44,750 nucleotides of DNA from Basidiobolus ranarum (taxonomy: Eukaryota), in assembly GCA_040143965.1 (NCBI GenBank), contig JASJQH010006904.1:1-44750 (forward strand), read 5' to 3'. Position 1 is the first letter of the stretch. Each line of letters starts with the position of its first letter. Below are positions 1 to 13,749 of this stretch, one piece after another. The notes below the pieces were generated by a model. The model was not told the DNA's origin, ran no database searches, and saw only the letters and a list, made by a program, of their open reading frames with translations. A program made the position numbers and the translations under genes.

Positions 1-54
1 CAGGGCTTTTAACAGATGCAAAACTGTACATGCAATTCACAATCAAGCGATCAT

Positions 55-693
55 TCATGCGGAAAAGTGAACCTTATAGTGACGACGAAGGTTTGACAAG
101 ACGGAAAACCTTTTGCTACATCCAGGTACATCGCATACGTACGGCTTCTCGCCGGTATGTGAAAGTATATGGATTTTCAGTGAACTGGGTCTTGTGAATT
201 TTTTCTGACAAACACCACAGATGTGCCGCTTGCTCCTTCCATTCATGGGGAGGGAATGGGTTTGAATTGGCAATTTAAGGAAATGAACCCGATTTCCAAA
301 ATAATCCCCTTCTGAAACAGTGCGTCGGAATGCTTGGGCCTGGCTTCGATGTGGTGAGGGGTTCTCCTTGTAGAGCGCAGGTGAGGAGGAGTATCTCGTC
401 ACTGTAAGCAGATTTTGGATTCCTGGCAATTGCGTTTCATTTCTTAATGCGCATGAGTCAGATGCATCGAGCGGCGTGAACAAGGGATGGGGTGAGTGGA
501 GGTTGTAAGGATTTATGGGCGGTAACTTAAGATTTGTGGATAGGTCAGTGATGGGGAGGCTTTCAGCATTGCAATCTCCTCCACAATGATACAAATCCAG
601 GTACCTGTCGCCATCGGAGTTCTTGTGTGTGGATTGATAATGGTCACAAGAATCCGACAGAAAAGAAGTGTAGAATGCGATGTGTGAATCCAT
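55..693 (-). CDS. C2H2 zinc-finger transcription factor (two C-terminal fingers)
   Basis: C-terminus HICGVCQKKFTRPSSLKIHILSHTGEKPYVCDVPGCSKRFSVLSNLRRHYKVH is two C2H2 fingers with a TGEKP linker. Intronless. Start placed at ATG 693 (MDSHIAFY); upstream in-frame ATGs at 726 and 810 are alternatives. Confidence 0.88.
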   Translation of the reverse strand: MDSHIAFYTSFLSDSCDHYQSTHKNSDGDRYLDLYHCGGDCNAESLPITDLSTNLKLPPINPYNLHSPHPLFTPLDASDSCALRNETQLPGIQNLLTVTRYSSSPALYKENPSPHRSQAQAFRRTVSEGDYFGNRVHFLKLPIQTHSLPMNGRSKRHICGVCQKKFTRPSSLKIHILSHTGEKPYVCDVPGCSKRFSVLSNLRRHYKVHFSA

Positions 694-1807
694 CTTCAAA
701 GGTGGTTGAAAAGAGAGACGGCCCATGGTCACTATAAATAATCCCTCAAAAAGTCCCTCTCCCCACGGACTACATCCTCCCTTTGTCTCGTTAGGTGATT
801 CAGTTTTCATTTTTTTGCACTCTTTAGTCAATTATTATTCTCTTCAGTTTCATACCTGCTTTCGCTTCCCGCATTGATTTTAAATTACCATATCTATGAA
901 TATTTTGACATATGCGAAGTGAGAGTGAAAATGAAAGTGACTAAGAAACTCCCATAACAATCCATATTTGATCAGAACTTCATTAAAGCCGGTTGTGTCA
1001 GCATTCATATGAGTCTGATATCCCAGCCATCCACATCCCAATTAGCGAGAATTCAATCCAAGAATCGTTGGAAAACAAGGAAAATCTTCCTCAGCACAAG
1101 AATAATCCGGCTTGGTTCAGTTTACTAACCGCGGTTACCATAAAGTACTCTAGACAAAGATCAACTTCCACGTTCTATTCAGCAATCTTCTGTACTGCTT
1201 CCTATACATGTCGTACAGGCCATGTACTGTGTGTTTATATACTATAAAGTATTATGAGAGGTAAATCATCTATAACTGGCTAAATGCGGTTAAAAGCGGT
1301 TAAATGCCGTATACACCATAAAACACTCAAAGCCTAGACAACAATCAACCTTGTCTCATATGGGTTATAACCAGTCTCGGACGAGTTGGATATCAACACA
1401 ATTCGATGCGATGGAATCCTTATTCAATGCAACATACCAATATCTTTGACGTGTTCTTTCTGTGCTATGATATACAGCCTTTTAGAGCTGGGAATTGGAG
1501 CGATCAAACTAAATCGGAAACTGGATTTTACTGCTAATGTGGAGCTTGCTTATGCTGCAATCACTCGTTCAATTTACACAAAGCTGATCACAGATTTATA
1601 ATCAACACTCGATTTAAGCTAAATTTTATAATAATGTCCTTACTGGTTTGCGTTGCTTTGAATGGGAATCTCGTTTTAGAAACTATCTTTCTAGTAAAAT
1701 CTTGACTAACACCCTAAAACAACTAGAACTGTTTATTCAATAGTGCAAGTAGTATGATGGACGGCAGTTACGATCAAGATTGACCACCTTTGTTTAAATC
1801 ATGATTT

Positions 1808-2880
1808 TCAGCTTTCTTGCCATGGATACAATAAGGGAAGGTCTCTACGTCTCCAAAGTCTTTTCTTGTTACCACGTTCAACATTAGTAGCCCATACTTC
1901 TACACAATGCTCACGCTTGAATTTAGAGATAAATTGTGGATCCCTAGAAGGAAATTAGCTGTTGTTCTAGTGGTAAAAACTTCTCTTAACTAACCATAAT
2001 TCACTGGCAATTCCCAGATCTTTACAACACCGCATTAAAGCATTCGATTTACAACCTTCAGAGGCGGTGGGTAGACCTGTAGGATCAAAGAAATCTTGCT
2101 CTCCACGAGCTTGAGAAACAAAACGCCCGAGACAGACAAGAGCCCATTCTCTAGAAATGGTTTTTTCCGAGACACTATGAGATCCTCTAGGAACAAGACC
2201 CCATCCTAATCAAACACGTAAATATCAGGGGAATACTATCATTCTATAGATATGGTTTTGACTCCTTACCTCCGGGTCCAAAAGCTCTATTCAAAATTTT
2301 ACGATACTTGATTTCAGGAAGATAAGGGATGCCATCTAATTCAACAGGTTAAACAATAAAGTAAGAAAGAAATGAACGGTATCAACATACCAGGCTTAAT
2401 TTGTATCTCCTTGAGATCGATCTCAGCCAACAACAGATCAGCAATCTCCCGTGGAAAGGGTTCCGAAGAAATTCCTTCAAAGGAGTTACTCCAACTTTCA
2501 CCAATTTCATCGGTTCGCTGGCTGAAGGCTTCAGTCTCAGGAAAAACATTTGTTGGGTCGATTTTGGGTTTGATACTACTACTACGAATACTATCCATAC
2601 GAGGAGCTTCGGCACGAGGGGCCATTGTAGGCTTGAACTGAGTCGTAGGCTTTACTGTCGTTTTAGGCACATATTTATAACCTTCACCTGTGCCCGATTG
2701 GTATGTCTAATAAGCTCTCGATTAGGAATAGGATTTCAAGAAATGCACATACAAACAACTAAAAATGTATCTCTAATGTAGACTAATGAAGATTTCTTTT
2801 ACCGTGTAGCCTCTAGCTGTAATAAAATATGAGTTACGCTTGAAGAGCCGTGAAACAGTAGGTGACCTTAAAGTGAACAT
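1808..2880 (-). CDS. MGM101: Mitochondrial genome maintenance protein Mgm101 (Rad52-like ssDNA annealing protein)
   Basis: Manual splicing with GT-AG introns and preserved frame gives exons 2880-2803, 2706-2391, 2335-2270, 2205-1995, 1943-1808. Product has an R/S/T-rich presequence [15 protein letters not shown] and the family motifs [33 protein letters not shown] and [26 protein letters not shown]. Confidence 0.95.
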
Positions 2881-3760
2881 TCTTTAGACTTTGAGGGTAA
2901 CCTAGAATTGTGATTTTGATTGAAGTAACAAATTGACTACGGTTGGATCACCTGATGAAATTTTGGAAAAATCAGCAAAGTTTAGTTTTTATTTCTTTCT
3001 TGCTTATTCATACGATTGAACTCATATGGTGATGATTACTACGCTTATGCATATATAATGGCTATGCACACTGATCAGGGCATGAATGCGATGATCTAAG
3101 TTTGTTTGTTTTATTCTTGAGATTGTATCAAATAAGTTACCGCAATTTCATGGATTAAAATTCCATTTTCGTAAAGACAAAAAGGAAAAAGCAACGCAGA
3201 TAATATATAAAATGGGCATATTCAGAGTGTGGTTAGAATTGGTAAACATTTGGTTATGACTGCTGTCTAGCAAAAGTTGGGGTATCTATCGGGTTTATAT
3301 TCAATTATACAAGGTGTGCATCAAAAAGTAAGGATGGAAAGGGTAGAGAAACAGCATAGAGATGAGATTAGATGGATCAATATATATAATAATAGGGTTA
3401 TTTCTACAATCATACGTTAGTGGAGCAAGTACGTTAGAATATTCAGCACATCCCCGCAAGCTTCAACATGAAGGTCCTTGTTTGATGTGTGCATATATGT
3501 GTACGCTATTCGACAACAGTGGTGAAATATCAATCAGGTGTCACTAGTAATTCCGACTGCGACTCGGTACGATTAAAATGTCTAAAGTCGAACAGCAAAT
3601 ATAGTTAGTTAATAATGGCACTCATCATAAATGAAATATTTTTGCTTTGCTGACCTCGTCTTGATTCGGGCAATCTTCAGTCCAGTGATCACCAAACTCT
3701 TCACAATTCTCGCAATGCTAGAAACAGACATTAAAGACGATAACTTGAAAATTTAAATGA

Positions 3761-6700
3761 CTACACAGTAAATACCATATCTTCATTGGAGTCCCTCTCG
3801 TCATAAGTATGGTTGGCAAGCGAATACTCGGTACAGGAGAGAATGTCATGCCCTTTATGATCACAGAGCTCACAAAAGAGTTCTTCGTCTATTGGAGAAT
3901 ATAAAATTGCGCTTCTTGATAATTCAAGATTCGATTCCCCAAAGATGTCGTCTTCGTTCAAGTCTTGGATGTCAACCTTGTCATTAGAACGGCCTGGTGA
4001 ACCATCACTTCTGGCACTCTCCAACTTTGTTTCCAATTGAGTAATTTTCTGTTCTAACTCAATGATCTGCTCTTCTAATTCAGTTTCCCTAAAGATCTTA
4101 TGCTCAACTAACGATTCTAATTCAGCTACGCCTTTGGCTTGAATATCAAGTTCATGTTGCTTAGACAATTCCAAGTCAGTAACTTTTTTCTGCATTTCAC
4201 GAATTTCGGTTTGGTATCGTCGTTTCATTTGGGCCAAAGCACTTTCCTCCTCGAGTAACGTAGATTGAAAATCGCCAAGTTCATGAGAATCACAGTGATC
4301 TTGTATATCAAGTGGAGATTTAGCTTTAGATTCAGCCAATGGTGGTAAGATTGAGCTTTCTGTAGATTCACTATGAAGTATTTCAACTTCTTCCATGAGT
4401 TTGAAGCATTCTGCTTCCATATGCGTATGTGCTTCTAGAAGTCTTTCCTGTGCTTCCATCAGTTCAGCGTGCTCATTTTGTAACCTTTCGTTTTCCTCAA
4501 GAATTAGCGAGTGATCACTTTCCAAACGCTGCAGTGTCTTCTTTAATTGAGAAATTTCCATCGCGTGATCCTTATCGTCAGCAGAATTTTCAGAAACTCT
4601 AGTGTTCTGATACTCCTGCGACTCTAGTTCAGCGATCTTGATTTCTAAAGAGCTAATCTCCAGACTTTTTTCTTCTAAAAATTGATTTAGTTTGGTCAAC
4701 TCTTCCTGTAAGAGATGATAAGTCTGCTGTTAGTTTTATAACCATCAAATGGAGAAAAAAAGGCTTTAAATACTTTGCTGCTTTGAAGTTCTCGATCTTT
4801 TGCCTCGATTATCTCTGAAAATGTAGTTAGTTGTTGTTGAAGGTCTTTTCGTTGATCTATCCAATTATGGCGCTCCATATCAAATTGTTCAAAGAGAACT
4901 CGAATATTAGCCATTTCTGTCTTAGTCTTGTCATGGCTCTCTAAGAGTTCTTTGTGAGTCTTTACTATATCTGATTTTTCAGCTTCCAGAGAATTGATAG
5001 AGGATAAAAGCTCGTCTATCTGGGATAGCAATCTGGTTTTTTCATCATTAAAGTCTACGGTTGATATTCCGGATCTCTGCATTTCGGTTAAACCGGATAT
5101 TTCACTGCTTTGTTTTTGAAGTTCTTGCTTAAGTTTTTGGATTTCTTCCTTACGTTTTGTGTTACTGAATTGATAATTATCAACAGCTTCTTGAAGAGAA
5201 ATTGATTCTTTCGTTAGTTCCTCTTCTCTTTCCTTGGTTTTCTCCAGTTCAAAACGCAAAATGTCGGCGTCAGATTCGAGTTGCCTACACACTTTGACAA
5301 CATTTTCAGCTTGCTCTTTAAGCGAAGCATTTTCATGCTTTATCGAGAGCAACGTCCTCTCGTAGTGATCAAATGCTTCAGCTCCTGCAGCCTTAAAGTC
5401 ACGAAGCAGCTTTTCCTGAGATTTGATTGTGACTTCGTACTGGTGGAGTTTCTTCATCAAACTGTTGACATCTTGCTTACCACCATTTGAAAACGGGGAG
5501 AAATTTATATCTCGATACGTCGATGTATCTTCCTTTCCATCCTTAGCCAAGCTCTCGATTAATTGGGCCATTTCTTTATCGCAATCGAGTCTCATACAAT
5601 CTAATCGAGCAGTTAACTTTCCTACTTCAACACTTCTTTCCTCAAGCTCAGCTTGTAATGATCCGATCAAATCATTATGTACTAGCTCACCATTAATAGA
5701 GGCTTCAAGTCGTACAATATGATCTCGAAGCTCCTTTTCTACAGTGTTTTTGATCTTCAATACTTCTCTAATATCCCTTATGGAAATAAGGAACTTTTCC
5801 ATTTCGGTATTCTTCAAGCAGGAACCGTGTTCTAATGTAGAATTTGTAGTTGAAATATGGCCAGTGATAAATTGAGCTTGAAGCTCATTCATTTCTGATT
5901 CTAATAAATCGAATTGACGTGATTTGGTGGTTTTCTCTTTCTCCCACTCCTGCTTCTGTCGACGAAGTGATTCGATTTCAGTTTTCATAATACCGGCCTC
6001 TGAATTGGATTTTGTCTGCTTGACTTCTAGCTTTAGAAACTCGTTTTCCGTTTCCAATATCTCAAGTTTGAGTTGTATGTCTTCCGTGTTACCATTAGTG
6101 CTCAAAGTGCTAAGTCTATTTTGGGTGGTATCTGTAGACTCGGGTATAAATGGTTTGTTCCCCAGCTCTTCTATTTGCGTTTCTCTAGTGGGGGTATTGG
6201 ATCTTGAAGGAGTGGATGGAGTTTCTATTGGTATAATGGGAGAAGAAGAAGAAGATATTGAATGGATAGGAGATGCTCCGTAGGAATCGTTAGAGAGTTG
6301 ACTTTGATATCCAGACGATGCACGTTTGGACACATTATCAGTGTAATTAGAACCGGGTTTATTCAGAGAAGCAGGAACACTCGCTCTCTTGGTAGTTTTG
6401 GACGGAACAAAATAATCTTCTGAAATCTCAGATGCTGATTCGCTAATAGGCGTACATTGGCTGAAAGAATGAGAATACGATATCTTCGATACCTTATGAG
6501 CCAAAATAAAAAGGCCTGACTTGGGAGCACAAGTGAAATATTGCACACTATTCAAACGCAAAGATTTAGTATTTCGTAAGGAAGATATCTTACAGTATAA
6601 CATAAAAGCTTACCCATCCACGACTCCGTCATTTTTTCCTGTTCCTTCGATATCAAGCTCAACTCCAGCCCAAACACCTAGTTTGAACTTGGTACTTCCT

Positions 6701-7164
6701 AGAAAGCGTAGTGTGCCCGACATTCCTATCGAATCTACTTGTACCTTATCACCAACCTGTAAATGTACAGGAGAAGAAAACGTTGTTGGTGGTTTATAGG
6801 TAGAACTTCTCTTTGACGAGAGAATGGAGGAAGAAGAGCTGGTCGAATTATCTGAAGCCGAACTGCTTAAAGGTGGTGAACTAGGTCTAGGCGAGGGTTT
6901 ACTGATAACTTTTGAAGCCGGTAAAGAAAACCGATTGTGAGTAGATTTGAATTGTAACAAGTCATTGGATGTTTTTGTTTGATTCGAAAGAGTAGTGTGT
7001 GAAAAGTGATCAGAAGGATGGGGAACCGAGAACCGACGACTGTCTACATTGTTATTCAATACGTTTCCTTCTCGAACTGAGGGATTATTTGTAAGAGGAA
7101 AGCCAAAGGACTGTCGCTTAGACGTAGCTGGTATGTTAGAAGGCTTTTTTGGAGCTTTGAACAT
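3761..7164 (-). CDS. CAP-Gly/coiled-coil/zinc-knuckle microtubule plus-end protein (CLIP-170/Bik1/Tip1-like)
   Basis: Exons 7164-6614, 6547-4774, 4705-3761 join three track ORFs in frame. CAP-Gly [41 protein letters not shown]..GLF, long heptad coiled coil, C-terminal CCHC knuckle FCELCDHKGHDILSC. Confidence 0.9.
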
Positions 7165-8212
7165 TGCTCAGCGTCGAACCAACCTTCCACAAGTTGAAGT
7201 CACTCGGATAATTTAGAATATGACGTTAAAATGATAAATTTGTAAAGAGAAGTGGTGAATATCTCTTGGTAATAAAAAAAACGAGGCAGTAGTAACGAAT
7301 TATGAAATAGAATGAGAATGAACAGGGGGATAAAAGCAATATGCAGTGGTCAAAAGAGGATGGATAAGAATAAGAATAAATAGATGAAATAGAGGATAGC
7401 CAATTGATCAGTATCCATACAAAATATAAAAATAATAAATGCCGTTGAATGAATGCAGACAATGGGAATTTAATATAATTCTTCCATATATTAATTTCCA
7501 GACAGCAGTTTAATAGGACCCGAGATGTCAAGCTCAAACATGAGGGAAGTACATGCAATTGCAACTGTAGCTGCAATCAAATTGAAATATATTGCAGCAA
7601 AGAACACAAATACATCCTATATTTGGTGGAGCAAACACACGAAGCCTATTGTATAAATCACGTCAATATGCTGTTCACTGTTTGTTATGGATCCTGCTGC
7701 TAGTTCAGCTGATTGGTTACCATGGTCCACTATTGGTTGTACCTTGCTCAATCCATTTTCAGTTAGTACCTGTCCAACAAGTGTGACAATCGATAAAAAT
7801 ATCAACGATATTCGAAATCAGCCCTGGGCCAGATATAACAATAGCTAGCCATCAAAAATCAAAACCAGGCCTCAAGCACACAGATCGTGTTACATGGAGA
7901 TAGGAAACAAAGAAGTAGCCAGCGAGATCTTCAGCATTGGAGTTGTTTATTTCGCTTCTGGATAAATTCAAGGCAGATTGTAGTTTATTTCTCAGATACA
8001 ATGGGTTAAATTATGTTTAATGCGAACTCTAAAAAACGGAGGAATTACTATCAATTTTCTAACTCTTACAATCCTGTAGTACAAATGCAGAAGCTAAATA
8101 GGGCGTTGATTGCACGGAAATTTCGTGTCCATCATGCATGTTCTACCATTTGGTGTGTTAAATTACAAATTGTTGCTCTAAATAAAGATGGCTATGCATT
8201 TATGCTACTAAT

Positions 8213-9847
8213 CTATTCGATAGATGTTGGTTTGCGCTGCGCTGGTTTCTTGGAAGAGTGAGGAAAGATATCACCCCAAGACGCTTTGCGTGCATCACGG
8301 TATTCGAGTTTACCTTGTGACTTCGGAATAATCATGCGCTCGATGAAATTGCTGGAACTGCAGAGATCCATAACAACATGGCCACCCCGCTTCAGTGGGG
8401 CGCGGATTAAACGAGGCCACTGATAAGCATCCTTTGTGATATCTTTTGGAGAGGTATTTTGCGAGGTAGGTCTTGACCCTCTACGAAGAACGACGTATGA
8501 GAAATGGGTATCCTCGACGTTGGTTTTTGCATGTTTTGTCTTCATCAACACACGTGGACGTTGTAATCTTTGAGAGTAATGACACCACATAGACGAACCA
8601 ATCATAGGACACTCGCCATCGTGAGGACATGGGGCAACAACATGGGCACCATGTGTTTGACTTTGCTGGGGATCAGCACTCTGCAAAGCTTCCGAGTCAT
8701 GTACTTTGTTAGCACGGCTGAGGAGATGTTGTCTGGCTGAAGAGATTATGCGAAATCCTTCAGGTGTGCCACGCTCAATAAGTACAAGCACATCACTCGT
8801 CTTGTTCCATAACGCTTCAAGAGTAGACTGTCGAATTCCATCATTGGGAAGTTCAGATAACGAAAAAGCACTGACGACCAAATCAGACTTGGCTTGGTTT
8901 GGGTTGTATGAAAAATACCTCTCAAATGTGACATTGGAGATAGATGATTTTTCTATCAAAGTCTCAGCAGCAGTTAGCATAGAGTCAGAAATGTCCACTC
9001 CGTGATACCTTTGGATCGATTTTCCGAAGTATTCGTTCGCAGCCCAAATAGCAGTTCCAGGTCCAGTACCGAAATCCAGTGCATTGGTAGGCTGGAAATT
9101 TGGCAATCTTTTGGATAGTTCTCTAAAAACAAAAGAAATGGAAGCGTAGGTACTTGGCATTCTTGCTGCCAAATACCCCCAGGTTTCACGCATACCGTAT
9201 TCAAGATAATAGGGCTGTACCTCTGGAATCTCTACAGCCTTAGGCTTAGAGCTGTCCTCTTCTTCTTTATAACTTTTAGCGCATTTAACACCTTCACGCT
9301 TTGGGGTATCTTTGCGCGTAGCGGCAGAGGTGGAACGCAAGGAATCAAAAATCCTAATTGCGTCAACTCGAAGCAATTGCTTATCCTTGTCATGCAATAC
9401 CTCATCAATCGCGTTAGATAGCTCTCGAGGAATTACTACAGCTCCAATGCGATTCTTCCCGAACTCTCCCTCTGGGGTACTTCTCTGAAAGGACTGTTCA
9501 GTATCATTTGGTTCCTCCCAGTCAGAATCTGTACCCAACCAGGAAAGTGGCACTGGTATTTTCTTCGGCTTTTTTTCCATGTTCAAAGCCTCACGGCGTT
9601 GACTTCTACGTGAAGGGGGGAAAAAACTTTCCGAAGTTGAAACATCCTCAGCAACCGGAATGCTCTTCAAAGGCTCAACATATTGCTCCATGTTTTGCTT
9701 AGTCTCAAATGACTCCTCCTTACCTTTTCGAGAACGACCGACTTGAAGTACGGTAGTCTGAGACAACTGTCGTCTAAAAACACCATGGATTGTTATGGCG
9801 TTAACTCGTAGTGAACTCTGGTGATTGAATCTGAGAAACTTGTACAT
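8213..9847 (-). CDS. RSM22: Mitochondrial small ribosomal subunit assembly factor Rsm22/METTL17 (SAM-methyltransferase fold)
   Basis: Motifs YLAARMPSTY, LDFGTGPGTA, VLIERGTPEGF, VVAPCPHDGECP..CHYSQR, WPRLIRAPLKRGGHVVMDLC and YRDARKASWGD. Start at ATG 9847 (MYKFLRFNHQSSLR, presequence-like). Intronless. Confidence 0.93.
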   Translation of the reverse strand: MYKFLRFNHQSSLRVNAITIHGVFRRQLSQTTVLQVGRSRKGKEESFETKQNMEQYVEPLKSIPVAEDVSTSESFFPPSRRSQRREALNMEKKPKKIPVPLSWLGTDSDWEEPNDTEQSFQRSTPEGEFGKNRIGAVVIPRELSNAIDEVLHDKDKQLLRVDAIRIFDSLRSTSAATRKDTPKREGVKCAKSYKEEEDSSKPKAVEIPEVQPYYLEYGMRETWGYLAARMPSTYASISFVFRELSKRLPNFQPTNALDFGTGPGTAIWAANEYFGKSIQRYHGVDISDSMLTAAETLIEKSSISNVTFERYFSYNPNQAKSDLVVSAFSLSELPNDGIRQSTLEALWNKTSDVLVLIERGTPEGFRIISSARQHLLSRANKVHDSEALQSADPQQSQTHGAHVVAPCPHDGECPMIGSSMWCHYSQRLQRPRVLMKTKHAKTNVEDTHFSYVVLRRGSRPTSQNTSPKDITKDAYQWPRLIRAPLKRGGHVVMDLCSSSNFIERMIIPKSQGKLEYRDARKASWGDIFPHSSKKPAQRKPTSIE

Positions 9848-10511
9848 CCTTGTTGAAGTACAAGGAGAGTATCGTATTGAAAATTCTAGGCTTAACAAAA
9901 AATTGTGTTGTTCAATGGCTTCACTCACATCTGAGGACAAACTGAAAAAATTGCAAGTTGCACCTCAGTACCAGATGATTCGTAACATGCGGAAAAAGCT
10001 GGGGAAACAACCAATTAAGTAGCCTAAGAGAGTAACACGATATTTGATTTTGAGTGGAGTATAAACTATACAGAATTAAGACACTCTCGCTAAATTAAAT
10101 GATTGGACCAAATTTGGTATATCCTATAGCAAACGTTTAACTTTGACAAAAATATTTTTCAGTGAAATAAATTACAATAATAATAGTATTAGTGCAGAAT
10201 ACAATGGTGTGAACTTCAGGGATAAAATTTTCATCAAAAACTTGCATTAGATAGCACTTTGAGCATGTTTCTATCAATATCCCGGACCCCAGTACTGCTA
10301 TTCAAAAAAGTCCTTCATCCTCGTGATCTGATGTGATTACGGTATCCCCTAGCCCCTGCAAATGACTGAGGTTTATCAGTACCAATGTTGGAAACTCTAC
10401 TTACTTGTACCTTCTTCCGATACGTTGTTTTTCTTTTAAAGTTGAGCAACTAGCGTCACTTACCCTATACGTTAATTCTAAGTTCGAATCTAAGTTTTTA
10501 AGACCAAGTTT

Positions 10512-12109
10512 ATGAGTGCGGCACGAAGCGGTAATACTAAGGTTGGTTTCACCTTTCAATTACCTAACGTTTCGCTTTATTCTAATATTTTGTATTCTGA
10601 TAGCCTGTTTTGCATGGTGTTAAGATTAAAACAAGAAAGGTATTTTTTTTTTCATCACAATCATCACTTCATCGCATTTTTTAACATTTTGTTTGAAGAG
10701 AGTACAATCGGCCCAGGCTAAATTTGAACCTGAAGGTAAGCTCCAATTTCCTTTGCTTTCTTTGCATCTTGTCCTAATCTTTTTAATTCAAAATTTATAG
10801 CCTTTCGTGATAATTTTTTAACTGTTATTAACTCCGCCAAACCTGGAGACCTTGACGATTTATCCATTAAACTTGATACAGCTGGAAAGACCCTTGACTA
10901 TAAAAAATACGCAGAAAGTATTTTTGAAATCCTCATCACTGGCAATATCTCAGGTATATTTATCATGAATGTGTATATTATGAGTATTTATTAATGTGTC
11001 TTTGATACTAGTTCCTGGTGGCAACATCGATGATGAGACTGACCCAAGTCCATTCAACATCTTCTCTGTCGAAGATGACCGTCAAACAATTAAGAAGTAT
11101 GTCGACGTATTCACAAAGCTCATGCGCCGTTACAAGTACCTTCAAAGACCGTTTGAGGATACATTGAAAAATATTTTGCAAAATATTAATAAGTGGACAC
11201 CAGAGCAAAATCACAAACTCGGTGTTGCTGTTGGTATTTTTGTCGCAACACAGTTGATTAATATTGGCATTCTTTCTGTATTGCTTAAGGACCATTTGGT
11301 CAAGAAAGGTTTGTACTGTTTATACTACCTTAATCAATATCGCGAAGTATTAACCCCATTCATTTTCAGGTGAATCCCTTCAATTTGTAACTGATGTCTT
11401 CAAGTCATATTTGGCCGACCACAACATCGAATCTCTTGGAGTTATGTTACGTAAAACCGATATCGAGAACAAGCTTCTTGAATTCTTCCCACCAAATAAA
11501 AGAGATGATGACTGCTTTGCTCGCCACTTCGAGGCCGAGGATATGAAGCCCCTTGTTGAATATCACAATCGTAGACAACTTTCTCATCGTAAAGACAAGT
11601 TTATGGATGACATCCAAGAACTTGTTCAAGAAGGTCAGCCTGCTAAGGAGGCTGCTGTTACTTTACGTCAACAACTCAAAGATAACGGAATGGAGGATAT
11701 TGAATCTGTTCAAATTGTTTGGGAGGGATTGATGGCTGGAATTGACTGGAATGGTCGTGAAGAAAACTTCAATGAACAAGTTTTGAAGGTAGTACATCAG
11801 TACTCACCACTTTTGGAAGTTTACTGCAATATCCCTGAAAATCAACCCGCTACCAAAGCTCAAAAGACTGCTGCTGCCAAAGCTAACTTGGCTCTTCTCA
11901 ACAGAGCCCAAATATACTTTTATGAGAATGCCAAGCTCACTAAACATTTCCGTCAGCTGCTCGTAGTTTTGTATAATAATGATGTATTATCTGCCGATGC
12001 TATTCTTTACTGGTACCAGAACTCCGCCAAGACTATCTATAAGAAACAATTGGAGCCATTGATTGAAAGCCTCCAAGACAGTGATGACGAAGAGTCTGAC
12101 GAAGAATAA
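10512..12109 (+). CDS. BZW: eIF5-mimic protein 5MP (BZW1/BZW2 family, C-terminal W2 domain)
   Basis: Exons 10512-10541, 10604-10639, 10699-10735, 10801-10953, 11012-11308, 11370-12109. Product has KPVLHGVKIKTRKR..KFEPEAFRD, LDYKKYAESIFEILITG..PGG, KLMRRYKYL, LLEFFPPNKR, and W2 box LYNNDVLSADAILYWY with acidic tail DSDDEESDEE. Confidence 0.92.
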
Positions 12110-12827
12110 CCATTTTAGTTATAGAAATAATCTACTTTTCGCTTCACCGATGTATTTTCTTGTAAGATCTATCTGAAATTACATATATCTCTTTAGTTCA
12201 TGATCTATTAAAATATCACGTTCGTTTACCAGTACCACCTATTTGATTTCACTGTGAAATGTTGAATTAGTTAATTGTTAATCATGTCACGAGAAGTTGG
12301 GTCAGCATCGACCATGCTTGAACTCGATCGTTACGGAATGAAAAATATACCGATGTCGAAACAACCATCACACTAGAGAAGAGGAGTTACACACCCATTA
12401 GCTTTAGCAACAAATTACTCCAAATCCAAATAAAGTAACATCTTCATCATTGATTGAAAGAAATACCATAAAAGAATTGTCTAATTACAACTACACATGC
12501 TGATTGGCAGTGAAATTTAGGTAAGTGTAGCATTTGGACGACCAGACTAATTCTCATTTAGAAGACCACTCAGATATGCCCCTGCCTCCTTTTCCCACTC
12601 ACCTGTATACAATATTTCCTACCCCTTCACCCGCTTACTTCACCTCCTGCTCTCCTGCTAGCCCCCTTTCCTCCACTCTATTTGTCCACGTTACTCTTAT
12701 CTTTCCCAAGTTTGTTCATCAGATATCCACCTACTCCCGACAGTTCCCTTAAGTCGTTCCACTGTTCGATTTTCAATACCAATAGTATTTCATTTATCGC
12801 ATTGAAAAGCATAATAATACAAGAAAG

Positions 12828-13749
<922 letters not shown>

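Noticed and set aside
993..1601. Short ORFs 993-1247 and 1386-1601, and similar ones at 3362, 7226, 7592, 31206 and 40294
   Set aside because: Mostly non-ATG starts, no motifs, located in promoter or UTR regions; consistent with chance ORFs.
3029..3100. Possible C/D-box snoRNA (GTGATGA ... CTGA)
   Set aside because: C-to-D span is only about 47 nt, with no convincing terminal stem, second D box or recognisable rRNA guide.
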